Source of the DNA: Cyanobacteria bacterium J06626_4
GTDB taxonomy: Bacteria; Cyanobacteriota; Cyanobacteriia; Phormidesmidales; Phormidesmidaceae
Direction: 5' to 3'
DNA length: 64,000 nucleotides
NCBI GenBank assembly: GCA_038523235.1
Contig: JBCBJQ010000004.1
Location: 64,001-128,000, forward strand
Shown here in pieces: positions 11,995 through 21,921 of this stretch. Made by a program: the position numbers and the translations under genes. The first letter of the stretch is position 1. Every line of letters starts with the position of its first letter. The notes beneath the pieces were generated by a model. It was not told the origin of the DNA. It was given only the letters and a program-made list of their open reading frames with translations, and made no database searches.

Positions 11995-13485
11995 TTATGC
12001 CTGTCGCACTGCCTGTATCTCAGCGTTCATAAAGGGTTCCATCACATCCGGAATAATTCGGTTGAGATTGCCAGCCCCTAAAAACAGAGCCATGTCACCC
12101 GGTTGTAGACGCTCGACCAAGACGGCACTGACGGCTTCTAAAGATGAGCAGTACTGCACCTGGGGATGGTAGGCCGCGATCTCATTGGCCACTGTTCTAG
12201 CGGAAAACCCTGGTGGCTCAATTTCACCCGCGCTGTAGACATCCGTGACAATCACTTCATCTGCCTCTTTGAAAGCTTGAGCAAAGTCGTCTAAGAAGGC
12301 AGCGATTCGACTGTAGCGGTGCGGCTGGAAAACGGCAAAAACGCGCTTCACATGACACCCTAGTGGGCGATCAGCTTTTTTGAGTAAGCCAGCAGTTGCC
12401 AAGGTAACCTTAATCTCGCTGGGGTGGTGAGCATAGTCATCCACAAACTGAATGCCGTTGTAAAACCCACGACTTTCAAAGCGGCGGCGTGCGCCTTCAA
12501 AATCGGCGAGTCCTGTAGCCAAGTCCTCAAAATTAGCGCCGACTTGACGGCCAGCGGCAATCACCGCGAGAGCATTGCTCAGATTATGTTTGCCTGGCAC
12601 TGAGAGGCGCAATACGCCCAGCCGATGGCCGCGCTCCCAAACCACCGCTCGGGTACCCGTCGCGCCGTAGACAACTTCGCTCACAGTGTAATCAGCTGCA
12701 CCGCCGACTTCGACAGCATAGGTAATATCCGGCTCAATAAAGGAGCGAATGGTGGCACAGTCGGCTGAAGCGATCACGGTTTCTGCCTGCTCAGCAAACT
12801 GCCGAAAGATATCCACAACATCGTCGAGACTGCTGTAGTGGTCGGGATGATCCAGCTCAATGTTGGTGATAATACCAATCTTGGGTGATAGCTTCACCAG
12901 CGAGCCATCAGACTCATCCGCCTCGGCCACAAACCAGTCGCTGCTACCTAGATGAGCGTTGCCTTCCCAGGCCGAAACTTCACCCCCGACAACAATAGTG
13001 GGGTCAATGCCGGCGGCCAAGAGGGCGTAGCCCATCATGCTGCTCGTGGTGGTTTTGCCATGGGTGCCCGCAACCGCGATGCTCTGCTGCTGCCGCATTA
13101 AGGCTGCTAACAGATCAGAGCGATGAAAGATGGGACAGCCCATGGCCTTAGCGGCCCGGTACTCATCATTACTTTCGTTGATGGCTGTTGAACAGATGAC
13201 TTGAGGTAAACTGACTGACTGCTGAGCACGGTTAGACACTAGAGCCTGATGGCCGTATCCGTCGTTAACGTCACGCTCAAAAAAGCTTAAATTCTCTGCT
13301 TCTTGTTTCCAAAAAACGTGAGCCCCTGATTCTTGCAGGCGCTGAGTTATGTGACTCAACCGCAAATCTGATCCTGAAACCGGTAGTCGTTGCTGCGTTA
13401 AGACATAAGCCAACGCAGACATTCCAATCCCGCCAATTCCGATGAAATGGAAGGGTCTACCGCTGAAATCCACAGAATTCAGCAT
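11995..13485 (-). CDS. murC: UDP-N-acetylmuramate--L-alanine ligase
   Basis: HFIGIGGIGMSALA, AGTHGKTTT, EADESDGS, DDYAHHPSE and FQPHRYSR motifs. ATG at 13485 is preceded by GAGGAG. Confidence 0.97.
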   Translation of the reverse strand: MLNSVDFSGRPFHFIGIGGIGMSALAYVLTQQRLPVSGSDLRLSHITQRLQESGAHVFWKQEAENLSFFERDVNDGYGHQALVSNRAQQSVSLPQVICSTAINESNDEYRAAKAMGCPIFHRSDLLAALMRQQQSIAVAGTHGKTTTSSMMGYALLAAGIDPTIVVGGEVSAWEGNAHLGSSDWFVAEADESDGSLVKLSPKIGIITNIELDHPDHYSSLDDVVDIFRQFAEQAETVIASADCATIRSFIEPDITYAVEVGGAADYTVSEVVYGATGTRAVVWERGHRLGVLRLSVPGKHNLSNALAVIAAGRQVGANFEDLATGLADFEGARRRFESRGFYNGIQFVDDYAHHPSEIKVTLATAGLLKKADRPLGCHVKRVFAVFQPHRYSRIAAFLDDFAQAFKEADEVIVTDVYSAGEIEPPGFSARTVANEIAAYHPQVQYCSSLEAVSAVLVERLQPGDMALFLGAGNLNRIIPDVMEPFMNAEIQAVRQA

Positions 13486-13527
13486 CTTATACTCCTCGAC
13501 ATGCCACACCACACCAATATCAGGCGT

Positions 13528-13536
13528 ATCATACCA
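13528..13536 (-). promoter_or_regulatory. Extended -10 promoter element for murC-murB
   Basis: The minus strand reads TGGTATGAT (TGn-TATGAT), about 45 nt upstream of the murC ATG. Confidence 0.55.
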
Positions 13537-14476
13537 GGTATCCCTAGGATGACCTAAAAACCGGCTCTAATTCACTAGACTGAGCATTATGCTTAGCTTT
13601 TAGCAATTTTGAATACACCTTGAGAGAACAGATTCTGCTTGAGTTTAGTTGCATTTAACTATTAATGCAGCGGTCGCAGCGGCAACGTGATGAGTTCAAA
13701 TTCACACCGCGATCAGCTTTTTCCACTGTTCTAAATGAAGGATTGAGAAACGATTTTATAGTTCTCTATACAGCCTCCTATCAATGGTTCCCGAATATAG
13801 CAAGAGATTTGGGTTTGAGAACATTGATGGCCGTGAATGTTACAGACAGCGCCTTGAAATTAAGTTTTCAGTCTATTAATCGTGGTCTTCCGGAATCAGC
13901 GCTATGGTAGTTTCCTCCAAAATGTTCAAGGTTAGGCAGACGCGCTTGACCGCAGCTAATTCAGCGGCAGGCTATAGAAAGCTGAGGCCTGGATTGAGTT
14001 ATCGATTTCTGCTGCCGAATCAGCACAGTTTTCATTCTCAATCCGGTTAATCCGTACTGTTTTGAATGCGGCGCTCATATCAAGTTCCAGTAGTCGGCCA
14101 ACCCTCAACCACAAACTAGTCATTAATCGCCTGCCCAGGGCTACTGAAAAATTGAAAAGGGTGAGGGAAAAATGTCTTAATGACTCGGTATACCCAGAAC
14201 AGTCTCTCTGAGAGGCGTGATCCAGTTCCTTCGCAGCCAACATCTGAGAACGCTGATCAAAGCTCATCTTTAGGAAGGATTTGCAGATGCCGCAACGTGA
14301 CTGAAGCCGTCGAACACTAACGATAGCGTTCAAACTGTTTGCCAGACAAGGTGTTGAGTTGGCTGGCTAGGTCTCTCAGGTTGGCAATTAGACCGTTTGC
14401 TGCCAGGTCCGAAAATGGCGAGACAGCCTAGGGGACTTCTCCTATGCTGGGGCTGTCTTGTTCAAAGACGGATCTT

Positions 14477-15925
14477 ATGCTGACAGATGATCAATATTAT
14501 CAAGCCCTCCTGAGTCGGGATCGCCGGTTTGATGGCGTCTTCTTTGTCGGTGTGGCGAGCACGGGCATCTATTGCCGTACAGTATGTACGGCGAAACCGC
14601 CGCAGCGCAAAAATTGTACGTTTTATCCCAGCGCTGCCGCTGCTGAGCAAGCGGGCTATCGCCCCTGCTTGCGCTGTCGGCCTGAGTTAGCGCCGGGCCA
14701 GGCGAAGATTGATGCGATTGGGCGACTAGCCGCCGCTGCCGCTGGGCAAATTGAGAATGGGGTGCTGACGGAGCGATCAGTCGCAGAGTTGGCCCAGTTG
14801 CTGGGGGTGAGCGATCGCCATTTGCGGCGAGTGCTGCGACAAGAATTGGGGGTGTCGCCGATTCAGCTGGCGCAGACCCAGCGCTTGTTGTTGGCCAAAC
14901 GTCTGTTAACCGATAGCCAACTTTCGATTGCCGAAGTGGCGTTTGCGAGCGGCTTTTCGAGTGTGAGACGGCTGAACGTTCTGTTTAAAGAGCGCTATCG
15001 GCTGCGACCAACTGACCTGCGCAAAACGCAACGGCAGACGAGCCGCTCCGTGCCTGAGACGCTGCGTTGTGAACTGGCCTATCGGCCCCCGTTTCACTGG
15101 GCTAAACTGCTCCATTTTTTGGCGGGGCGAGCGATTGCTGGCGTGGAGCAAATTGAGCGTGATCGCTACCAGCGCACCGTGCAGATTGGCTCGTATCAAG
15201 GCTGGATTTGCGTATCGCCCATTCCCACTCAAGACAAGCTACAGGTCGAACTGTCGGTATCGTTGGTAGCGGCGATTTTACCCGTGCTCACGCGGGTCAA
15301 AACCCTCTTTGATCTGGCCGCTGATCCGATTGCCATCGCCGCGCATTTAGAGCAAGCGAACTGGGGCCAGTGGCGGCCGACTTGTGAAGGCCTGCGAGTG
15401 CCAGGCGCTTTTGACGGTTTTGAGGTGGCTGTGCGGGCCATTTTAGGGCAGCAAGTGAGTGTTAAAGCCGCGACGACCCTCATGGGCCGAGTGGTGCAGA
15501 CGTTCGGCAGTCCACTACAGACGCCGCTATCGGGGTTGACGCATCTCACGCCGACAGCGGTGCAGTTGGCAACCGCCGAGGTGACCAGCCTGACCTCACT
15601 GGGGATTGTGTCTCGACGGGCGCAGGCGATTGTGGCGCTGGCCCAAGCCGTGGTACGAGGTGAGCTGCAGTTGGTGCCCTACGCCGATGTTGAGGTCACT
15701 GTCGAACGGCTCAAAGCCTTGCCCGGCATTGGCGACTGGACGGCTCAATACATGGCGATGCGCGTGTTAGCCTATCCGGATGCTTTTCCTCACAGTGATT
15801 TGGTGCTACGCCAGCGCTTAGGCGTCGATCGACCCCAGCAAGTCTGGCAAATTGCTGAGGCCTGGCGGCCTTGGCGGGCCTACGCTGCGATGTGTCTATG
15901 GACGTCTTTGGAGGCTATAAAATGA
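14477..15925 (+). CDS. alkA: Ada-AlkA fusion: Ada Zn/methylphosphotriester domain, AraC HTH and DNA-3-methyladenine glycosylase II
   Basis: GIYCRTVC and RPCLRCRP Zn ligands; AraC HTH (VAFASGFSS); AlkA_N region; ILGQQVSV; HhH LPGIGDWTA; catalytic-type Asp in FPHSD. Alternative start at 14444. Confidence 0.93.
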   Translation: MLTDDQYYQALLSRDRRFDGVFFVGVASTGIYCRTVCTAKPPQRKNCTFYPSAAAAEQAGYRPCLRCRPELAPGQAKIDAIGRLAAAAAGQIENGVLTERSVAELAQLLGVSDRHLRRVLRQELGVSPIQLAQTQRLLLAKRLLTDSQLSIAEVAFASGFSSVRRLNVLFKERYRLRPTDLRKTQRQTSRSVPETLRCELAYRPPFHWAKLLHFLAGRAIAGVEQIERDRYQRTVQIGSYQGWICVSPIPTQDKLQVELSVSLVAAILPVLTRVKTLFDLAADPIAIAAHLEQANWGQWRPTCEGLRVPGAFDGFEVAVRAILGQQVSVKAATTLMGRVVQTFGSPLQTPLSGLTHLTPTAVQLATAEVTSLTSLGIVSRRAQAIVALAQAVVRGELQLVPYADVEVTVERLKALPGIGDWTAQYMAMRVLAYPDAFPHSDLVLRQRLGVDRPQQVWQIAEAWRPWRAYAAMCLWTSLEAIK

Positions 15926-16479
15926 CTTACTACCAATGGATTGAGAGTCCTTTAGTGCCCCTGCTGCTGACCGGGGATGGGCGATCGCTGACCGGTCTCT
16001 ATCTTCAGGGCCAAAAGTATTTCCCGACCCAGACTGAGACCTGGAGGGAAGCCGCCCCAGTCGCGCCGTTTCCTCAAGTACGGCACCAGCTCAAGCAATA
16101 CTTTGCGGGGCAGCGTCAGTCCTTCGATTTACCGCTCAATCCGGTCGGCACGGATTTTCAACAGCAGGTTTGGCACTATTTGCCGCAGATTCCCTATGGC
16201 ACCACGATCGCCTATGGCACCCTGGCGGCAATGCTAGGCAAACCGGGGGCCGCGCGGGCGGTGGGGGCCGCCAATGGCCGCAATCCGATTTCGATCATTG
16301 TGCCGTGTCATCGAGTCATTGCGGCTGATCGCCAACTCACCGGCTACGCGGGTGGCATCGACCGCAAACGCTGGCTATTGCAGCATGAGCAGGCGCTCGT
16401 GAGCCTGGACCAGTCAGCGCTGTTGCAAACCTCACTGCCCTTGTTTGAGATCCCTGATGAAACCCCTGCAAATCGTTGA
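15922..16479 (+). CDS. ogt: Methylated-DNA--protein-cysteine methyltransferase
   Basis: GTDFQQQVW, ARAVGAANGRNP and the active-site PCHRV. The start overlaps the alkA stop (ATGA). Confidence 0.95.
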   Translation: MTYYQWIESPLVPLLLTGDGRSLTGLYLQGQKYFPTQTETWREAAPVAPFPQVRHQLKQYFAGQRQSFDLPLNPVGTDFQQQVWHYLPQIPYGTTIAYGTLAAMLGKPGAARAVGAANGRNPISIIVPCHRVIAADRQLTGYAGGIDRKRWLLQHEQALVSLDQSALLQTSLPLFEIPDETPANR

Positions 16480-17335
16480 ATTGCTCAGCCTCGCTGCCGT
16501 GTGGGGCGGCTCCTTTTTATTTATGCGGATCGCGGCACCTGAGTTCGGCCCGATTTGGCTGATCGAAATCAGGGTGTTACTCGCGGCCCTCACCCTGCTG
16601 CCCCTCTTACTCAAACAGGGCCTCTGGCATGAACTGCAGCGGCACCGCCGCGCCTTGATGGTGGTGGGATTGCTCAACTCGGCCCTGCCGTTTTCACTGT
16701 TGGCGTTTACATCGCTCTTTTTGCCGGCGGGGATGACGGCGATTTTGAACGGTACGGTGCCGTTTTTTGGCGTGGCGGTGGCCTATGTCTGGCTACGGGA
16801 ACCGTTGACCCTAAGTCGGGTGTTGGGGCTGCTGCTGGGGTTTGTCGGCGTGGTGGTGTTGGTGGGCTGGCGCGGGACGGCAATCACGCCGGAAATTTTG
16901 TGGGCGATCGCGGCTGGCCTTTGCGCCGCCTTGATGTACGCGATCGCGGCACCGTTTATTCGGCTCAATCTGCAGGGTGTGCCCTCATTAGTGTTTGCCA
17001 CCGGTAGTCAGCTCAGCGCGGCCGTATTTCTGCTGCCCTTGCTGCCGTTTACGCAGCCTAGCGACCTGCCCTCTCCAAGGGCGGTTTTGGCCGTTTTAGG
17101 ACTGGCTCTGCTGTCCACGTCCCTGGCTTACATCCTCTATTTTCGCCTCATCCACAGCGTCGGCTCAACCCGTGCTTTGACGGTGACTTACCTGATTCCG
17201 CTGTTTGCCATCCTCTGGGGCGCGCTGGTGCTGAATGAGGCAATTACCGTGTCAATGCTGGCGGGCGGGGCGCTGATCTTATTGGGAACGGCGATCGCGA
17301 ATCAAGTGATCAAACTGCCCTTTGGCAAGGCCTAG
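16457..17335 (+). CDS. DMT/EamA family transporter
   Basis: LAAVWGGSFLFMR start, about 10 hydrophobic segments and two EamA-like halves; overlaps the end of ogt. Confidence 0.9.
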   Translation: MKPLQIVELLSLAAVWGGSFLFMRIAAPEFGPIWLIEIRVLLAALTLLPLLLKQGLWHELQRHRRALMVVGLLNSALPFSLLAFTSLFLPAGMTAILNGTVPFFGVAVAYVWLREPLTLSRVLGLLLGFVGVVVLVGWRGTAITPEILWAIAAGLCAALMYAIAAPFIRLNLQGVPSLVFATGSQLSAAVFLLPLLPFTQPSDLPSPRAVLAVLGLALLSTSLAYILYFRLIHSVGSTRALTVTYLIPLFAILWGALVLNEAITVSMLAGGALILLGTAIANQVIKLPFGKA

Positions 17336-17872
17336 CCCCTGAAGTGCTGATGCTTATGGTGAGAATAATCACTCCAGGTTAAGCCAGTAGGCAGAACCGT
17401 CCTTGACTCGATCAACCAATCCCCGCTCGAACAGTTCTCGCCGGAGGAGCGCCGGATCGCCAAAAGTATGATGCCGCCCTAGTAATTCGTTGATTTGGCG
17501 TTCACTGTAGTAAAGATCGGGCTCAACCTTAGAGGCCAGATACTCTAAAGCCCACTACTGCTGAAACCGACCTTTGTTGCGCCTCGAAGGCCATGCTGTG
17601 AGGCGACCCTGATCATCCAAATAATTTTTGAGCGCATCAGAATAGTTCATGATTCCGTCACTCGCAGGGAGGATCTCTGGCATTCTACCCAGATCTAATG
17701 ACTCATTTTGTTGCAGAATGTAACGCTTTTGGGGTCGCGTTTTCCCTTAGGTGAAGCAAATCCAAAACTTTGGCCCGCCTGATCGATTCCTTGCTTAGGA
17801 TATTCACCAGCGGACATTGTGAGAACTAATGATTCGCATTTATAAATACACCTCCCGACGGGAGCGATCGCT

Positions 17873-18850
17873 ATGAAACAAATTCCCGCTCCCTTATGGA
17901 CCCTGACGATTGGTGTAATCGTCACGCTGGTAAGTCTCTGGGTGGGCTTCAACAATGACTGGCTACCCGAGCAAGCATCGGCTCAGTCCGTTTTGGTGGA
18001 TAACTTTTTCAATGTGATGGTGGTGATCGGGACGGCACTCTTTTTAGTCGTAGAAGGCACCATCGTCTACTGTATGGTGCAGTTTCGGCGCCGCAAAGGA
18101 GATGACACCGACGGCCTGGCGATTGACGGCAACTTGCCTTTAGAAGCCTTTTGGACGGCCATTCCGGCTGTGATTGTCATCGGCTTGGGCATCTACAGTG
18201 TGCAAATTTTTCAGGATATGGGTGGGTTTGCCCCCGGCGATCAAGTGCATGAGCACGGCACAAGGCTCGCGCAAGCCTCCACGACTCCTTTGGGTGACTT
18301 GACAGCTGCCGAAGACGAGACGCTGCTTGCCCAATCTGTTTATGGCATTGGCGCACCTCTAGATAAGGAGGGTCAGGCGGCTGATCTTGAGGTCAATGTG
18401 GCGGGCATGCAGTACGCCTGGATCTTTACCTATCCCAACTCGGGCATTGTGGATGGCGAACTCCATGTGCCGGTGAATGCGGACGTGAAACTCAATATTT
18501 CTGCCAATGATGTCATTCATTCTTTTTGGGTGCCGCAGTTTCGTTTGAAGCAAGATGCGATTCCCGGCAAAGAGACTGAGCTCCGCTTTGTCGCAACCAA
18601 GCCCGGCACCTATCCGGTTGTCTGCGCCGAGTTATGCGGTGGCTATCACGGGGCTATGCGCACTCAGGTGATCGTCCATTCCCCCTCGGAGTTCAACAAC
18701 TGGTTAGAACAGCGCACTGCTCAGGCTGAGACAGGCACAGCTGAGACCGTCGCGATCAATCCGGCTGATCTGACCGACGCCGACTACTTAGCACCCTATG
18801 GCAAGGCGGCTGGGGTCGAGTCTCATTTGCTGGCTCACCTGTCTGATTGA
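17873..18850 (+). CDS. ctaC: Cytochrome c oxidase subunit II
   Basis: DVIHSFWVP and the CuA motif CAELCGGYHGAM. Confidence 0.96.
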   Translation: MKQIPAPLWTLTIGVIVTLVSLWVGFNNDWLPEQASAQSVLVDNFFNVMVVIGTALFLVVEGTIVYCMVQFRRRKGDDTDGLAIDGNLPLEAFWTAIPAVIVIGLGIYSVQIFQDMGGFAPGDQVHEHGTRLAQASTTPLGDLTAAEDETLLAQSVYGIGAPLDKEGQAADLEVNVAGMQYAWIFTYPNSGIVDGELHVPVNADVKLNISANDVIHSFWVPQFRLKQDAIPGKETELRFVATKPGTYPVVCAELCGGYHGAMRTQVIVHSPSEFNNWLEQRTAQAETGTAETVAINPADLTDADYLAPYGKAAGVESHLLAHLSD

Positions 18851-19017
18851 AATCTCAGCTAAGCCAGCATTGTTGTTGGGGCAGGATGGTTTTCGATATC
18901 GGCCTCAACGTTTCTTCAAGACTTTTCTGAAACTGCCTTTTTAAGGCTCCTCAAATTGTTTCGCTGCACTCTACGCTTTCTCACCCATACATAACTCATT
19001 GCTCTCTTAAATTTTCT

Positions 19018-20652
19018 ATGGCACAAGCGAACATTACTAGCGAACTGATCGGGAATTCTTTTCCCCATCCTGATAAATGGAAGTGGTATCACTACTTCAC
19101 GTTCAATGTTGACCACAAGGTCATCGGCATTCAATATTTGGTGTCGGCCTTTTTCTTTTATTTGGTCGGTGGAGCCATGGCTTTGGTCATGCGAGCTGAG
19201 CTAGCCACTCCCAGTTCTGATCTGGTCGATCCCAATTTTTACAACGCGTTGCTGACCAACCACGGCACCATCATGATCTTCTTGTGGATTGTGCCGGGGG
19301 CGATCGGCGGCTTTGGCAATTATCTTGTGCCTTTGATGATTGGTGCGCGAGATATGGCTTTTCCAAAGCTGAATGCCCTCGCGTTTTGGATTACGGTGCC
19401 AGCGGGGCTGTTGATTGTGGGCAGCTTCTTTTTTGGCGGTGCGCAATCTGGCTGGACGTCATATCCACCACTGAGTTTAATCACGGCAAATACCGCTCAA
19501 TCGATGTGGATTTTGGCGATCGTGTGTGCCGGTACCTCCTCAATTTTGGGCGCGTTGAATTTCATCATCACGATCTGGAAGATGCGCGTGCCGAGCATGG
19601 GCTGGAACGATATGCCCCTGTTTTGCTGGGCGATTCTCGCCACGTCGCTTTTAGCTTTGTTCTCAACTCCTGTACTAGCGGCTGGGTTGGTGCTGCTATT
19701 GTTTGACATCAACTTTGGCACGTCGTTCTTTCGACCGGAGAATGGGGGCGATGTGGTGATGTACCAGCATTTGTTCTGGTTCTATTCACACCCGGCGGTA
19801 TATCTGATGATTTTGCCCATCTTCGGTATTATGTCGGAGGTGATTCCGGTGCATGCGCGCAAGCCGATTTTTGGCTATAAGGCGATCGCCTACTCGTCAC
19901 TCACCATTTGCATCATCGGTTTGTTTGTCTGGGTGCACCACATGTTTACCAGCGGCACCCCGCCGTGGATGCGCATGTTCTTTACGGTCTCAACCCTAAT
20001 TGTGGCAGTGCCGACGGGGGTCAAAATCTTCAGCTGGGTCGCCACGTTGTGGGGCGGTAAGATTCGCTATACCAGCGCTATGTTATTTGCGATCGGGCTG
20101 CTGGCGATGTTTGTCTTCGGCGGCCTGAGCGGTGTGACGCTGGGCACCGCTCCTGTAGACATCCACGTGCACGATACCTACTATGTCGTGGCCCACTTTC
20201 ACTACGTGCTGTTTGGCGGCTCCGTGTTCGGCATCTATGCGGGGCTCTATCACTGGTTCCCCAAAATTACCGGACGCATGCTTAACGAACCGCTAGGCAA
20301 AGTGCATTTTATCTTGACGTTCATCGGCACTAACCTGACCTTTCTGCCAATGCATGAGCTGGGTCTTAAAGGCATGCCGCGACGGGTGGCCATGTATGAT
20401 CCGCAATTTCAGTACATCAACATCATTTGCACGATTGGAGCCTTCGTTTTAGGTATTTCAATCTTGCCGTTTTTGATCAATGCCATCTGGAGCTGGAGCA
20501 ATGGCCCCAAGGCTTCTGGTAACCCCTGGAATGCCAAAACCCTGGAGTGGACGACGGACTCGCCGCCCATCATCGAAAATTGGGACGTGCTACCCGTGAT
20601 GACCGAAGGGCCATATGCCTACGGTGAAGAGCCCGGTGAGGTCTCCTCATAG
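19018..20652 (+). CDS. ctaD: Cytochrome c oxidase subunit I
   Basis: DHKVIGIQY, HGTIM, WFYSHPAVY, WVHHMF and VAHFHY heme/CuB ligands. Confidence 0.98.
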   Translation: MAQANITSELIGNSFPHPDKWKWYHYFTFNVDHKVIGIQYLVSAFFFYLVGGAMALVMRAELATPSSDLVDPNFYNALLTNHGTIMIFLWIVPGAIGGFGNYLVPLMIGARDMAFPKLNALAFWITVPAGLLIVGSFFFGGAQSGWTSYPPLSLITANTAQSMWILAIVCAGTSSILGALNFIITIWKMRVPSMGWNDMPLFCWAILATSLLALFSTPVLAAGLVLLLFDINFGTSFFRPENGGDVVMYQHLFWFYSHPAVYLMILPIFGIMSEVIPVHARKPIFGYKAIAYSSLTICIIGLFVWVHHMFTSGTPPWMRMFFTVSTLIVAVPTGVKIFSWVATLWGGKIRYTSAMLFAIGLLAMFVFGGLSGVTLGTAPVDIHVHDTYYVVAHFHYVLFGGSVFGIYAGLYHWFPKITGRMLNEPLGKVHFILTFIGTNLTFLPMHELGLKGMPRRVAMYDPQFQYINIICTIGAFVLGISILPFLINAIWSWSNGPKASGNPWNAKTLEWTTDSPPIIENWDVLPVMTEGPYAYGEEPGEVSS

Positions 20653-20739
20653 CCGCTATTTCATCGACAGTGACAGTCTTGCTGACCCGTCTGTCACTGT
20701 CTACCCTGATTTCAAAATTCACCTATCCTTGGGAACCTT

Positions 20740-21351
20740 ATGCAAGGCGCAATCGAACCCACTTCTGATACTGCAGCGGTCGCTGAGGCCCACCATGAAG
20801 AACATCATGATTTCCGAGTGATTGGCCTGATCACGTTTTTGTGCTCAGAATTTTTGATGTTTGCGGGCTTCTTTGTCATCTTTTTGGTCTACCGGTCTGC
20901 TGCCGCTGAGTGGCCCCCCGAAGAAACCGAAATCGAGCTGTTGCTGCCAGCAATTAACACGATCATTCTGGTGGCTAGCAGTTTTGTGATTCACTACGGC
21001 GATACGGCAGTCAAACAAAACAATGTCAAAGGCCTGCGCAAGTGGTATGTCATTACCGCCGCGATGGGGGCCATCTTTCTGGCGGGCCAGATTTATGAGT
21101 ACATGAACCTCGGCTATGGTCTGACGACAAACCTATTTAGCAACTGCTTTTATTTGCTGACTGGCTTTCATGGCCTGCATGTGTTTATTGGGCTGTTGCT
21201 GATTTTGGGCGTGCTGTGGCGATCGCGCCGTGAGGGTCACTACGGTGCAGAAAAGCACACAGGCGTTGAAATGGCTGAAATCTATTGGCACTTCGTCGAT
21301 GTCGTCTGGATCGTATTGTTCTCGATCATCTATTTGCTGACGCTAATTTAG
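20740..21351 (+). CDS. ctaE: Cytochrome c oxidase subunit III
   Basis: TGFHGLHV and YWHFVDVVW motifs. Confidence 0.96.
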   Translation: MQGAIEPTSDTAAVAEAHHEEHHDFRVIGLITFLCSEFLMFAGFFVIFLVYRSAAAEWPPEETEIELLLPAINTIILVASSFVIHYGDTAVKQNNVKGLRKWYVITAAMGAIFLAGQIYEYMNLGYGLTTNLFSNCFYLLTGFHGLHVFIGLLLILGVLWRSRREGHYGAEKHTGVEMAEIYWHFVDVVWIVLFSIIYLLTLI

Positions 21352-21405
21352 TTTCAGTCCCATTCGATTTCTTGGGTCAAGGCAAGGCCGATTAATCATC
21401 TGTGT

Positions 21406-21442
21406 GGCTTCGGCGAAATAACATTTTGCCGAAGCCTTTTTT
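21406..21442 (+). terminator. Intrinsic terminator after ctaCDE
   Basis: GGCTTCGGCGAAA...TTTTGCCGAAGCC stem followed by TTTTTT. Confidence 0.85.
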
Positions 21443-21615
21443 ATTTTTCGGGCTGCAGAATCTGTAGCAGAGGCTAGAAAGGTGAAGGTTTCAAGGTGCA
21501 GGGAAGGGCCCTGCCGCCAGTATCCGGCGATTAAAAGGGTCTAAATCTGACTGCGGCTCGCTATATAAGGTAGGGAAGCGGATACTGTTAAGAAGCTGGA
21601 TGTTTCTGAATTCTG

Positions 21616-21870
21616 CTATCTCTGCATTGTTTGAAGATTGTCAAGAATAGGGATGATCAGGTTAAAACCGGAACGTTGCCTTCTCACTCGTTCGGTATTG
21701 ATTAGGGTCGTGTACTTACCGCCGCCGATCGCCACCTGAGCGGTATGGTTGTAAAGCTCCGCATTGGCTCCCCCAACATAAAGACCAGGCAAGGCCCAAG
21801 CGCTCGGCACCTAGCCAAAGACTAGGGCAATCGCGAACAAAACCAGTAAACAACTTTGCCAGCGTCTCAT
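21616..21870 (-). pseudogene. Decayed 5' remnant of a DUF2330-like secreted protein
   Basis: From ATG at 21870: MRRWQSCLLVLFAIALVFG*VPSAWALPGLYVGGANAELYNHTAQVAI...FNLIIPI, with an in-frame TAG at 21811-21813. It resembles the DUF2330 N-terminus as I recall it (AWAFCGFYVAKAD..LYN.ASQV.I). Confidence 0.6.
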
Positions 21871-21921
21871 CAGTATGCCTTAGCCGTAAGGATCATCAGA
21901 ATGCTGATCAACCAGCGGTGT

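Noticed and set aside
13665..14333. ORFs 13665-13910 (+) and 13956-14333 (-)
   Set aside because: No motifs and atypical composition; probably chance ORFs in intergenic DNA.
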